From: a virus
IMG/VR virus record: IMGVR_UViG_3300024581_003238
Span: 79,988-143,987 of that record
DNA: 64,000 nt
Strand: one strand, 5' to 3'
Shown here: piece after piece, positions 28,401 to 36,951 of the stretch
Layout of the letters: each line of letters starts with the position of its first letter
Position numbering within the stretch: position 1 is the stretch's first letter
The notes under the pieces: model-generated
Seen by the model: only the letters and a program-made list of their open reading frames with translations
The model's database searches: none
What the model was told of the DNA's origin: nothing
Program-made: the position numbers and the translations under genes

Positions 28401-30431
28401 CAAGGGTTAACCTACACTACCTCACCCAATACAATTAATAACGGTGGTAATAGATACGACCCAAGTACTGACAGTCCGACAAATGAGCATTACGCAATAA
28501 TCACATATGGTAATGGGGGTAATGTAACGGGTCAGTTGGCAACACACTTCCAAACGGGTAAACTTTACTCAAGAGGACATAATAACTCTTGGAGTGGGTG
28601 GAGAACTTATTGGTCCGATAGTGACTTTACATCAACAGATGTATCTAATTGGGATACCGCATATGGATGGGGTGACCATTCAACAGCGGGTTATTTAACT
28701 TCCTTTAGTGAAGCAGATACGTTGGCTACGGTCACCGCAAGAGGTGCAGTCACATCAGACAACATTACAACAGGACATCATATAATTTTATCAGGAGCTC
28801 ACAATAAACAGAGTCAACACTTGTTATATATTGGTGGAGATGGTTTAGCGTCGGCAGATGCGTCTATATACATTGGTAATGATGGTGCTGGTGGTGGATA
28901 TGGTTGGGAATTATTCTATGAGGGTTCTGGTAGTGGTAATGCGAATGCATTTATACTGAGAGCCGAAAATTTAGGTACATCTGTCGATACAATGAAGGTA
29001 CTACAAGATGGTACTGTCACTTTTGTAAATAATATAACCACATCAGGTACAATAACCGCTTCGGGAGGTAATTCAGGTAATTGGAATACAGCGTATGGAT
29101 GGGGAGATCATAGTACGGCAGGTTATTTAACATCAAGTTCAACACAGAGTAAATACCTAAGAAGTGATACCAATGATACCTTTACTGGTACGATCACAAT
29201 GGGTACTCAAAAGGCATTGGTTGCTAACAACTACGGTCGAGGTGTTTATGGATTATATTCAGCGACTAGATACCAACACGTATGGTCTATGGGTACGAGT
29301 TATAGTCTCACAGATGATGGTACAGGTACAGGTAATTTATATGGATTAGCGTTTACACATACGAATGTTGGAGGACAATCCAAATCAGGTTTAGCACACC
29401 AATTACTGATAATGGATAATGGTGTTACTAAATCCGCGATAGGTAGAGGTATTTGGACCGATGGTACTATTACAACTACGAGTCATGGTGATTCATCACA
29501 ATGGAATACCGCATATGGTTGGGGTGACCACGCAAGTGCTGGTTACGCATCTTCATCACACACACACTCGACGAGTGATATTACAAGTGGTACATTTGCG
29601 GCGGCGAGATTCAATCAGTCGATTAGATACAACATAGGTATTATTGCTGGATACAGTAGTCAAAGTAGAGATAAACTTAGAGTTTGGGATTCAGGAACAT
29701 ACTCAATTGGTATGAAAAGTGGGTATGATTACGGTCATATAGGATCGGGTGAGTACGCAATGTCTTTCCAAATGAGTGACACCGCCGGTAGAGGTTGGTG
29801 GTGGGGAGATACTTCACATAGTGATGACCAAGGTGCCGCTTCACTTACCACTGAAGGTAAAATGGTTATTGCAAAATCACTATCAATCGGTCAGGGTGAA
29901 GACGTAACTACACCAAGTGATACACCATTATACGTTGAAGGTACAACTGCGGGTGATACTGTATTTGAAGTACAAGGCACAAGTGGTCAATTATTCTCAA
30001 TAACGGATAGTTTAATAGGTGATATATTTGAAGTATCTGATATCTCAGGTATACCAATCTTAACTGTTAATTCTTCAGGTGTGGTAACTGTAGATGATAC
30101 TTTACATGTAACGGGAGATGTTATTGCATACTACGCATCCGATAAGAGATTGAAAGATAATATTAAACCTATTGAAAATGCAATTGATAAGATAAAAATG
30201 ATTGGTGGTTATGAGTTTGATTGGAATATAAACTCAAGAAACAATGAGGGTCATGATGTTGGTGTTATTGCACAAGAAATAGAAGAAGTTTTACCTGAAC
30301 TTGTTGGAACAAGAAGTGATGGTTATAAAGGTGTTAAGTATGAAAAACTAACAGCACTATTAATACAATCAAATAAAGAATTAATTCAACGAGTAGAAGA
30401 GTTGGAAGAAAAACTAAATAAAAGTGAGTAA
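22413..30431 (+). CDS. Giant long tail fibre (2672 aa) with an Mtd_N-like N-terminus and a C-terminal peptidase S74-type intramolecular chaperone
   Basis: N-terminal VKLRRSAISGKIP..LQLGELSMNTTDGKIFL and a repeat shaft. C-terminal SDKRLKDNIKPI...DVGVIAQEIEEVLPELV...VKYEKLTALLIQSNKEL from about 30138. Confidence 0.85.
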   Translation: MGQTVKLRRSAISGKIPINSQLQLGELSMNTTDGKIFLSKSGSQGPSIEEVIITNTQNNGSLDIVGSISGSHFTGSFIGDGSGLYNIPASGVTGLSLDRIASSTSTASIDADGLHINTDTTVTGSLTATEFTGSGLGLTDVPIKISGSDASSTSIDSTFTRIKFDDSTGIKISGTTGGDAVVYLSGVAAESESSEGRTAKLEVTGATSTWTLNHNLNEKHPSIEVFDSNDEVIIPQKIEATSVNQVVVSFASPQTGTVTATVGGGLPSIESGYTDRVLSVDSNGVATWKTGILSGSVDFSSLVDTGSFNTYTSSNDDTNGTQNGRLNSLESFTSSIDDTYATDTDVTTLRTDLNTYTSSTDGRLDSLETTSGSSNLRLDYIESVTSSHNGRLNSLETTSGSHDGRLDSIESKTGSFLVSNDLSTIEGKIGSLETTSGSHEGKLSSLETISASHDGRLDSLETTSGSHNGRLTDLETFETKVDTGLEFTGSNVTIKGNLLVKGTETRVDSTTVDIDDNILSLNGSGAANAGIEVRDTESPGVLSGSLIYDTGDNTWKAGIKGSEERLLINSDLTTLDGRLDSLESTSGSHEDRLDRIETSTSSLNSFTSSINTTIKDKLNNDGVISGSVQIDHDATTNYEANEHIDHTTITIGSGKGLTGGGTIDTSRSLTLNTGSNHFLDGVKSKLNTETVVSGSEQIDITGTTNYNLVDGRLDSIESFTSSIDLTYATDNDVTDLRNDLNSYTSSNDDTNGTQNGRLNSLETTSGSHDGRLDSLETTSGSHNSRLDSIESNTGSYLTSYNDEYTTGATFSTSNGVVTFTRNDGDQYTVDLDGRYLTSFTETDPVFTAHAAYDITSTQITNWDTAYGWGDHSQAGYLTSYNNEYTTGATFNGSNGIITFTRNDGDTYTLNISSTLTDINVTGGTYDDSTQTLTLNKSNGSSIDVTGFAVDTVLHTTGATFNSSNGVVTFTKNGGDTYTVDLDGRYLTSFTETDPIFTAHVASDITSTNIENWNEAYGWGDHSQAGYLTSYNNEYTTGATFNSGNGVVTFTRNDGDQFTVDLDGRYLTSYNDEYTTGATFNSSNGVITFTRNDGDTFTVDIDGRFLTSFTETDPIFTAHAASDITSTQITNWDTAYGWGDHGTAGYLTSYNNEYTTGATFNGSNGIITFTRNDGDTFTLDISATLTDINVTGGTYDDSTQTLTLNKSNGGSIDISGFAVDTVLHTTGATFDTSDGLVTFTKNNNTTFSVDLDGRYSLSNHNHDSTYLKLAGGTLTGGLNGTTGTFSGKGTFDNLELTSGNRHLTFTESGDDWSIMNNQQNNGIILYNGTGGVEIQYSGTTIAEFENGTIKFHEQLDMGTNIITDTKVGQWDTAYGWGDHGSAGYLTSYNNEYTTGATFNTGTGVITFTRNDGDTYTVDIDGRFLTSFTESDPVFTAHAAYGVTSTKISNWDTAYGWGDHSQAGYLTSYNNEYTTGATFNTGSGVITFTRNDGDTYTVDIDGRFLTSFTETDPVFTAHVAHGITSTQITNWDTAYGWGDHSTAGYLTSFSEADTLDSVVSRGSSTSSTVSVGRLNIGSTADSDFLTGNSELSANGYIMTKAIVNTSETGSGPAAIVFGNGSTYGSDEISFVTVGNTRMYIDSNSVDISVQLNMSADIDMGTNTITDTKVGQWDTAYGWGDHSQAGYLTSYNDEYTTGATFNGSNGIITFTRNDGDTYTVDISSTLTDINVTGGTYNDSNQTLTLNKSNGTSVDVTGFAVDTVLHTTGATFNSSNGVITFTKNSGDTYTVDIDGRFLTSYTETDTLDSVVSRGATTTSNITTGNVTISQTGPTLTLDDNNNAGGGGATGKIIFKNTAGNAIGIGYTADDTASSDLIISTNAGSTYGGYLGLDAGGISDAQADIILDPKTKVQVKGDIDMGTNDITDTKVGQWDTAYGWGDHSQEGYLTSETYTSHEDTSTLNGLYGGANNGVVVEDITVDSNGHVTAVGTRDLDGRFMTQGLTYTTSPNTINNGGNRYDPSTDSPTNEHYAIITYGNGGNVTGQLATHFQTGKLYSRGHNNSWSGWRTYWSDSDFTSTDVSNWDTAYGWGDHSTAGYLTSFSEADTLATVTARGAVTSDNITTGHHIILSGAHNKQSQHLLYIGGDGLASADASIYIGNDGAGGGYGWELFYEGSGSGNANAFILRAENLGTSVDTMKVLQDGTVTFVNNITTSGTITASGGNSGNWNTAYGWGDHSTAGYLTSSSTQSKYLRSDTNDTFTGTITMGTQKALVANNYGRGVYGLYSATRYQHVWSMGTSYSLTDDGTGTGNLYGLAFTHTNVGGQSKSGLAHQLLIMDNGVTKSAIGRGIWTDGTITTTSHGDSSQWNTAYGWGDHASAGYASSSHTHSTSDITSGTFAAARFNQSIRYNIGIIAGYSSQSRDKLRVWDSGTYSIGMKSGYDYGHIGSGEYAMSFQMSDTAGRGWWWGDTSHSDDQGAASLTTEGKMVIAKSLSIGQGEDVTTPSDTPLYVEGTTAGDTVFEVQGTSGQLFSITDSLIGDIFEVSDISGIPILTVNSSGVVTVDDTLHVTGDVIAYYASDKRLKDNIKPIENAIDKIKMIGGYEFDWNINSRNNEGHDVGVIAQEIEEVLPELVGTRSDGYKGVKYEKLTALLIQSNKELIQRVEELEEKLNKSE
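23330..24800 (+). repeat. GRL(D/N)SLETTSGSH-type coiled-coil repeats of the fibre shaft, including an exact 60-nt duplication
   Basis: Many DGRLDSLE(T/S)xSGSH units. 23343-23402 is identical to 24639-24698. Confidence 0.85.
24790..29540 (+). repeat. Mosaic in-frame repeat array of the fibre shaft
   Basis: By my count 11 TTGATF-containing units (e.g. YTTGATFN..NGVITFTRNDGDT.TVD.DGR), 11 (T/E)AYGWGDH units and 3 TLTDINVTGGTY..QTLTLNKSNG units. Exact 57-nt repeat at 24972-25028 and 26973-27029. Confidence 0.9.
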
Positions 30432-31111
30432 TGTCAATAAAAAGAGGACCTAGAATCATAAAAGGAGGTTTAGTACTTGCTTTGGATGCCAGTAATGACA
30501 GATCGTGGGTTAATGGTAACTCATATTGGTATGACATTTCAGGTAATGGTAATAATGCTCTTGTTTCGGGATCACCTACTATGCAGGACGCTAACACACC
30601 TCTAAGAAATCTGTATTTGGATGGTAATGATTATTTTACTGTTACTGCCAATCAGACAAGTCTCGACTTTAAAAATGGTCAGACTGTAGGTATTCTTATG
30701 TATACTACATATACCTCAGGTAGGAGAAATCCATGGGATCAGGCGTATGGTGGATATGGTACTTGGACACATGAACAGGGTGATAATATAAATTATTATC
30801 ACGGAACTCACGGTGGTAACGCATCACCCTATAATAGTAGGAATTCAGGAGATACCCCACAGGGTAATTGGTTATACATGGTTTGTTCGAGAGACACTTC
30901 AAATGTGACATGGTATAAAAATGGTGTACAAACCTCACAAAGTTCTTCGTATGGAACATTAACTAATGATACCACTAATAACATTAGAATTGGTACAGGT
31001 TATGCTGGTGGATGGATAGGTAATATGTGTTTAGTGCATTGTTACAATAGAGGGTTAACCTCCGAGGAGGTTTTACATAATTATAATTCAATAAAAGCAA
31101 GATTTATTTAA
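30431..31111 (+). CDS. LamG/concanavalin A-like protein, no insert
   Basis: GLVLALDAS, WYDISGNGNNA, LDGNDY, WYKNG, IRIGTGY and EEVLHNYNSIKARF. Confidence 0.8.
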   Translation: MSIKRGPRIIKGGLVLALDASNDRSWVNGNSYWYDISGNGNNALVSGSPTMQDANTPLRNLYLDGNDYFTVTANQTSLDFKNGQTVGILMYTTYTSGRRNPWDQAYGGYGTWTHEQGDNINYYHGTHGGNASPYNSRNSGDTPQGNWLYMVCSRDTSNVTWYKNGVQTSQSSSYGTLTNDTTNNIRIGTGYAGGWIGNMCLVHCYNRGLTSEEVLHNYNSIKARFI

Positions 31112-31112
31112 T

Positions 31113-31445
31113 ATGTACGAAAATAGAAGATGGTTGGTAATTCCAACGGATATAGTAGAAACTATAGACTTCAATGAAGTTATGGAGAGGGACATAAACA
31201 CCCTTAGATATTCAATTGATGGGTCAAAAACATTTGTTAAATATAATGTAAATGTTGTTGATGAAGAATACGTGGAAGAATATTATGACGCAGAAGATCC
31301 GTCAATAGTATATACCAACACTTTTGCGGTTGGAGTTTATGGACGACCGTCATTCTATTCCGAGGAATACCAAGAATATAACCACGAGGAAATCTTAGAA
31401 TTATTAAGGTCTCCTGAGTGGAGTCCAAGTAATGATATTCAATAA
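31113..31445 (+). CDS. Hypothetical acidic protein, possibly a fibre accessory
   Basis: 110-aa ORF coupled within the LamG array. Confidence 0.6.
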   Translation: MYENRRWLVIPTDIVETIDFNEVMERDINTLRYSIDGSKTFVKYNVNVVDEEYVEEYYDAEDPSIVYTNTFAVGVYGRPSFYSEEYQEYNHEEILELLRSPEWSPSNDIQ

Positions 31446-31447
31446 AG

Positions 31448-32680
31448 ATGGGTGTATCGTCAGGTCCTAAAATAAAGAGAGATGGGTTGGTAATTTCCTT
31501 AGACTCGGGAAGTTCAATACGAGGGTTCACACCTAACGGCACATATTTTGCGGATAACATTATTAAAAATTTAATTGATAAGAGTGAATACCCAAGTACC
31601 TTCTCTCCACACTTAACTGATGCACAATATTATACTTTATACGCTATAACTTACCCTGAAGGTAACTATAGTCCCGCAAATAGAGATGGTGTCACGCCAG
31701 GTCATAATGTACAGTTCGGAACTATGACTTACGGTGCTAGTAGGTCACTCAATTATTATGTACATGATGGGGTTAATTGGGTACCTGATTCCTATTTCAG
31801 AGGAATGAGGATAAATGGTCATTGTTACGATTTATATTCATCCACGGATTATGTTAGTGAGTCAAATAAATTTTTAGATGATTATGAGATAATCAAATCA
31901 AATTTTCCTGATGCTACTCACGTAATAATCGCAAGTCATGCAAATGATAGATATGATGTTACGGGAATTAGAGAAACTTTGGTGGATTTGGGGGCACCTA
32001 AGGAAGTTTTAACATGGGCAAATGCAAGGAGAGAATTTGTTTTAGTTGGTAGACCTGGTTTAGGGGCAGGAAATGCATTTGGATGGGGATATGAGAACGA
32101 ACAGGGAGGTGCGGTTGCACATTTAAATAGTGTGATACCCTATGAAACCCCTACAGCGAATTTTACTTTTGATGGAACTAATGAGTATATTGATTTCGGG
32201 AGTGATATAATGTTATCACCAAATAATAAAGGATGGACAGCCGAATATGTTTTTTACACTCATAGTGCATCCACTTTACAACATTTTAACTCTGCGGAAG
32301 CGGACGATTTTAATGCCAATTGGTTAGCGATATATAATTCTAAATTGGCGGTATGGGATCACGGACAGGGAGTTTGGAAATACGGTGACACGGTATTTAA
32401 TAGTAACACTTGGTACCATGTTGCGTTTGTCCAAAAATCAGGAACTAGTATGCAATACTATGTTAATGGTGAACCTGAGGGTGGTGACCACACGTCGTTT
32501 TCCTTTTCATCAAGTTTTAGTGCTTTGAAAACAAGATACGTTGGTAGGTATGAATATAGTGGTGCTTATTCAAGATATTTTGACGGTGAGATGCCAGTAA
32601 TCAAACTATACAAACAACCTTTAGATGATAACCAAATTAAAAGAAATTTTAATTCTTATAAAAGAAGATTCAACATATAA
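31448..32680 (+). CDS. LamG-like protein with a ~210-aa insert that includes an ILEI/PANDER-like segment
   Basis: N-terminal GPKIKRDGLVISLDS; insert containing LVDLGAP...RREFVLVGRPG; core resumes at FTFDGTNEYI; ends QIKRNFNSYKRRF. Confidence 0.72.
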   Translation: MGVSSGPKIKRDGLVISLDSGSSIRGFTPNGTYFADNIIKNLIDKSEYPSTFSPHLTDAQYYTLYAITYPEGNYSPANRDGVTPGHNVQFGTMTYGASRSLNYYVHDGVNWVPDSYFRGMRINGHCYDLYSSTDYVSESNKFLDDYEIIKSNFPDATHVIIASHANDRYDVTGIRETLVDLGAPKEVLTWANARREFVLVGRPGLGAGNAFGWGYENEQGGAVAHLNSVIPYETPTANFTFDGTNEYIDFGSDIMLSPNNKGWTAEYVFYTHSASTLQHFNSAEADDFNANWLAIYNSKLAVWDHGQGVWKYGDTVFNSNTWYHVAFVQKSGTSMQYYVNGEPEGGDHTSFSFSSSFSALKTRYVGRYEYSGAYSRYFDGEMPVIKLYKQPLDDNQIKRNFNSYKRRFNI

Positions 32681-34059
32681 TGAATATAGGACCAAAAATA
32701 CATACAGACGACTTAGTATTGTCAGTGGATGCACAAAGTACAAGATCGACATTAAGGAATTTACAAACAAGTAACATTCTTCCAGATCCAGGGTTTTGGC
32801 AAACAGGTACGGGAGGGTCTACAGGGTATGCCGCTAATGGAAGTTCCACCGAACAATTAAGGGCGGTAATTTCTGATGATCCTTGGGGTAGACAATCGGT
32901 TATTTGGAGAACAACACCCGACGCAACTTCAGGTCCTGATGGTGGTTGGAATAGTACTTATTATCCTGTTGATGTACAATACACTTACAGGTATTCTGTT
33001 TGGGTTAGACGACATACTTCAGGAACGGGAGGTACCTTTTACATGGGGATGAATCCAAACCCAATAAGAAATGATAACGGATCCTCTCAAAGTAATCCAT
33101 ATTTTACATACCCATCAATTTCAAGTTTAACACATAATCAATGGTATTTGGTGATTGCTCACGTATTTTATGCGGGTTATAGTGGTGGTAGACATCCTAA
33201 ATCGGGGTGGTATGAAAATGGGACTAAAATAAGTGATAAAAGTTATGGTAATTGTGGTGATCAAGACACCAGATGGAATGAATCAACCGTAACGGCACGA
33301 CACAGAGCTTATCATTATTATACAACAAACACGTCATCGGGGATTGAATTTGCATATCCAAGAATCGACAAAATTGACGGTAATGAACCAACAATTGAAC
33401 AATTATTATTTAGGGGGGAGTCAAGTTTTAAAAGTTTAGGATCAGACAAACAATATATGACACCTAATAACTCGGGAGAGTTTTCAACTATGGTGGATGC
33501 TTATAGACAATTAAACTATTTTGATATGGACGGTACTGATGATTATATTTCGGTGGATCCAATTACATATTCACCGTCAGAAAGTTGGACTGTGGAGGTG
33601 GTATTTAACCCTTGGGATGTTAATGATGGTAGTTGGTCTGGTATATTCGGAGGAGACTTAGGTAATGGTGGATATTGGATGTTTCATAGTAATCAATTGA
33701 CATACTATGAAGGTTACAATGGTAGTTCCCAAATAAAATACACTGGTTGGACTAAGGCGGAGGTTTTCCCTCAAGGTAGATTCTATCATCTAACCATTGT
33801 TTATGAATCTACAGGATCTAATCAAGGAACATTTACATTATATAAGAATGGTAATGAAAAAACAACATCGTTTGGTTGGACGTTCACTCATGGAGAAAGT
33901 CTAGGTTTACATTCTTTGGGGAGAGGGTCAACGAATAGACCAGGTAGTAATCATATTTTATCATTTAGGTTGTGGAATAAAAATTTAAGTTCAGATCAAG
34001 TTCAAGAGAACTATGATGCACAAAAAAATAAAATTGACATGGGTACTTACCCAGTTTAA
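32680..34059 (+). CDS. LamG-like protein with an inserted carbohydrate-binding-module-like domain
   Basis: GPKIHTDDLVLSVDA; insert with YTYRYSVWVRR and QWYLVIAHV; core FDMDGTDDYI; ends QVQENYDAQK. Confidence 0.72.
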   Translation: MNIGPKIHTDDLVLSVDAQSTRSTLRNLQTSNILPDPGFWQTGTGGSTGYAANGSSTEQLRAVISDDPWGRQSVIWRTTPDATSGPDGGWNSTYYPVDVQYTYRYSVWVRRHTSGTGGTFYMGMNPNPIRNDNGSSQSNPYFTYPSISSLTHNQWYLVIAHVFYAGYSGGRHPKSGWYENGTKISDKSYGNCGDQDTRWNESTVTARHRAYHYYTTNTSSGIEFAYPRIDKIDGNEPTIEQLLFRGESSFKSLGSDKQYMTPNNSGEFSTMVDAYRQLNYFDMDGTDDYISVDPITYSPSESWTVEVVFNPWDVNDGSWSGIFGGDLGNGGYWMFHSNQLTYYEGYNGSSQIKYTGWTKAEVFPQGRFYHLTIVYESTGSNQGTFTLYKNGNEKTTSFGWTFTHGESLGLHSLGRGSTNRPGSNHILSFRLWNKNLSSDQVQENYDAQKNKIDMGTYPV

Positions 34060-34072
34060 AAATTAAAATAAA

Positions 34073-34300
34073 ATGGGAGTAATACCGGCAACAGGATCAG
34101 AAGTAAGTATGGGTAGAATATCTAGAGCGTTGGGTACTACTTCGGCATATCCACCACCCGCCAACAACAGTATTGCTCTTAATGGTACTTTAGGTATTAA
34201 TAGAAGTAATGCAGTCACTAATATTAGTGATATTGTGTCAGGTTCTCGAACAGAAGAATCAGGTGATTTCGGGGGATTGGATACACCAAATAATTATTAA
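34073..34300 (+). CDS. Small Gly/Ser-rich probable virion protein
   Basis: 75 aa, MGVIPATGSEVSMGRI...DFGG, resembling short proteins found beside phage fibre genes. Confidence 0.5.
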   Translation: MGVIPATGSEVSMGRISRALGTTSAYPPPANNSIALNGTLGINRSNAVTNISDIVSGSRTEESGDFGGLDTPNNY

Positions 34301-34348
34301 CCTTTAAAAACTAAGTTATTTTTTTTATATTAAAACATATATATAAAA

Positions 34349-34795
34349 ATGAAACTTAGATTCAAAAATAAACTTTCAAGGTACGAGACACTTTACATCA
34401 AATGGGAAGGTGTACAATACGATCGTAAAATTCTAAAAAAATTTGTTATTCGTTTTAGGTGGGTAAAATTCCTATCAAAATTTATTACAAAATATAAAAG
34501 AGAGTTAGATTTTATGGTACAAATAATAGATCATTATGGTAGGTCAAAAATATTTAACTTACTTAATAACGATGAAGAAACTTCAAGACTATCCCACATA
34601 GAAAGGTTATCAAGAAATGGATCTATCGAAATACTCACCTCGGGAGTATACAAATCGGATACATATAAACAAATCAGTAATCTCCCAAAAAGAGATTTTG
34701 ATTTAGTTACAAAAAGAGTACAAGAACTCATAAAAATCGGTCAATCAGTATACGTACAAAATGACGGATTAGGGGAAAATTTACCGGGAGATTGA
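34349..34795 (+). CDS. Hypothetical protein
   Basis: 148-aa basic ORF coupled to the following glycosyltransferase. Confidence 0.6.
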   Translation: MKLRFKNKLSRYETLYIKWEGVQYDRKILKKFVIRFRWVKFLSKFITKYKRELDFMVQIIDHYGRSKIFNLLNNDEETSRLSHIERLSRNGSIEILTSGVYKSDTYKQISNLPKRDFDLVTKRVQELIKIGQSVYVQNDGLGENLPGD

Positions 34796-35439
34796 AATCA
34801 AAAAATAACTCATCGATATGGGTAAACCAACCCAAAAAAATTTCCATAGTGGTACCTACAAGGGATATGGTACACAGTGGTTTTGCGTTTTCACTAACAC
34901 AATTAATAAAGTACTCTGAAAGTGCGGGAATTGAGACCTTCCTATTCTTTAATTCGGGTTCTGTTTTATTAAATCAAAGAGAAAAATTGATAAAATCATC
35001 AATGGAGGTCGAATCTGACTATACATTATGGTTAGACAGTGACATGACATTCCCATCAACCACATTATTAAGACTATTATCACATGATAAAGAGATAGTG
35101 GGGTGTAATTACAAAAAAAGATCTAACCCACAGACACCTGTCGCATATAAAGAAATTGGTGATTGGGATAGTTGGGTTTCTTTAGACGAAGAAAAGGATC
35201 TTGTTGAAGTTGAGGGTGTTGGTATGGGTTGTATATTAATAAAGACAGACTTATTCAAAGAAATTAACAAACCTTACTTTGAATTCACATATAATAAGGA
35301 AACCGATGATTGGTTAGGTGAAGATTTTAACTTATTCACTAAGTTTAGAAATATTGGTAAAAATATATACATAGATACCAATTTGAGTAGGGAAATAGGT
35401 CACTTAGGAATTTACAAATTTGGTTCATCAAACCAATAG
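34792..35439 (+). CDS. GT-A fold (GT2-like) glycosyltransferase
   Basis: ISIVVPTRD, DxD in WLDSDM, GMGCILIK, GEDFNLF and a C-terminal GH. Confidence 0.8.
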   Translation: MKSKNNSSIWVNQPKKISIVVPTRDMVHSGFAFSLTQLIKYSESAGIETFLFFNSGSVLLNQREKLIKSSMEVESDYTLWLDSDMTFPSTTLLRLLSHDKEIVGCNYKKRSNPQTPVAYKEIGDWDSWVSLDEEKDLVEVEGVGMGCILIKTDLFKEINKPYFEFTYNKETDDWLGEDFNLFTKFRNIGKNIYIDTNLSREIGHLGIYKFGSSNQ

Positions 35440-35456
35440 ATTAGATATTTATAATT

Positions 35457-36131
35457 ATGGGAATATTCAGAGGTGCACACACAAATAGTGTTCAAGCAAA
35501 TTTAATTTTAGACGCTGCATCACAAAGATCATATCCGGGTAGTGGTAATATTTGGTACGATTTGAGTGGTAATGGTCACAATGCGGATATTTTCGGTTCC
35601 CCAACTCATGGGGAATTAGGTGGGGCTAAATGTTTCATATTAGATGCGGTAGGAAAACGATTTAATGCAAATACCGATAATAATACAACTACAAATGACC
35701 TAACATTGGAAGCGTGGATATATCCTCAAGACGAAGTAAGTACAGGAGATAGGGGTGCGGTAATTCAGGGATATTGTTATCTAAGTTGGAATAAGTCAAA
35801 TAGAAGATTAAGTAATTATTGGTACTCCGCGAGTCCAAGGGGTTACCATGAACCAACAACTCAAATGGATCGAAATAGGTGGCATCATTTAATGTCGGTA
35901 TGGGATTCTTCAACAGGAGAACTTTATCAGTATATAAATGGTGTTTTAGAAAATACTGTAACAACATCCACAACTACGGGGTCATACTATTCTGATCTTA
36001 ATATTGGTTGGGAGGGTGATAGTAGACAATTTTCGGGAGGGATATCAGTGATTAAGGTTTATAATAACGTTGTAAGTGGAGATCAAGTTCTACAAAATTA
36101 TAACGCACAAAAATCGAGATTTGGATTATGA
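35457..36131 (+). CDS. LamG/ConA-like protein, no insert
   Basis: NLILDAASQRSYPGSGNIWYDLSGNGHNA, TLEAWIYP, YINGV and QVLQNYNAQKSRFGL. Confidence 0.8.
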   Translation: MGIFRGAHTNSVQANLILDAASQRSYPGSGNIWYDLSGNGHNADIFGSPTHGELGGAKCFILDAVGKRFNANTDNNTTTNDLTLEAWIYPQDEVSTGDRGAVIQGYCYLSWNKSNRRLSNYWYSASPRGYHEPTTQMDRNRWHHLMSVWDSSTGELYQYINGVLENTVTTSTTTGSYYSDLNIGWEGDSRQFSGGISVIKVYNNVVSGDQVLQNYNAQKSRFGL

Positions 36132-36244
36132 AAATAATAGAAGAAGGTATAAATAAAGATGGTGTACAGTGTTGGTTTGTCTTGGAAGATGCAAACTTAG
36201 TTGGTGTATACGAAACATTAGAAGAGGCAGAACAGAATTTATAA
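36128..36244 (+). CDS. 38-aa acidic microprotein (not in ORF track)
   Basis: MKIIEEGINKDGVQCWFVLEDANLVGVYETLEEAEQNL*. ATGA overlap upstream and TAATG overlap downstream. Confidence 0.55.
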   Translation: MKIIEEGINKDGVQCWFVLEDANLVGVYETLEEAEQNL

Positions 36245-36951
36245 TGGCAATACACTTAGGACCAAACATACCTAAAGAAGGTTTAATTTTTTCAGTAGAT
36301 CCTGCGAGTACAAAATCGTGGGATGGTCTTAATTATAGGAATACCGCACATTTAGATGATAGTACGACCATTACAGGAACAATTACACACGTAACCGATG
36401 GTGGAGGGACATTTACCTTTGGTGCAAATGGTAGTTATTTTAATTACGGAACAACAAGTCCCCTACGAAATCTATACGATGTCTCATTAGTTGGTTGGGT
36501 TAAACAGGGAAGTACTGGATCTCCACACCAAACCGTGATAGGAACTTCAAGTAGTTATTTATACGGTCTTAAATTAATGAGTAGATATCACGGAGCGGCT
36601 GCGGCTTGGATGGGTGATGGTGGTGGAGCATCTCATTTATTAAGTTCGAATGTAGATATAACAGGTGATGGTGAATATCATTTATTGGCTTGTACACGAA
36701 ATGGTGGTACGGGTGACATCAAAATTTATGTTGACGGTGTTTTAAAAAATACTGTTGGATTTACGAATACAAACGGAAATTTTAGAGGAGGGGTTAATGA
36801 TAGTGGTAACACATTACTTGGTGCTGATTACCACTCCGTAGGTTATTATCATACGGGTAATATAGGTCAGGTTTATGGGTACAATATTACATTGTCTGAT
36901 GATGAAATTTTACAAATATATAATAACGGTAAAGAAAGGTACGGATTATGA
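36244..36951 (+). CDS. LamG/ConA-like protein, no insert
   Basis: Start corrected to ATG 36244 (MAIHLGPNIPKEGLIFSVD). IYVDGV and EILQIYNNGKERYGL. Confidence 0.8.
   Translation: MAIHLGPNIPKEGLIFSVDPASTKSWDGLNYRNTAHLDDSTTITGTITHVTDGGGTFTFGANGSYFNYGTTSPLRNLYDVSLVGWVKQGSTGSPHQTVIGTSSSYLYGLKLMSRYHGAAAAWMGDGGGASHLLSSNVDITGDGEYHLLACTRNGGTGDIKIYVDGVLKNTVGFTNTNGNFRGGVNDSGNTLLGADYHSVGYYHTGNIGQVYGYNITLSDDEILQIYNNGKERYGL

Noticed and set aside
24790-29540. CRISPR-like array from recurring gcatatggatggggagatca-type sequences
   Set aside because: The repeats are in frame inside a long ORF, vary at wobble positions, are irregularly spaced and have no cas genes nearby.
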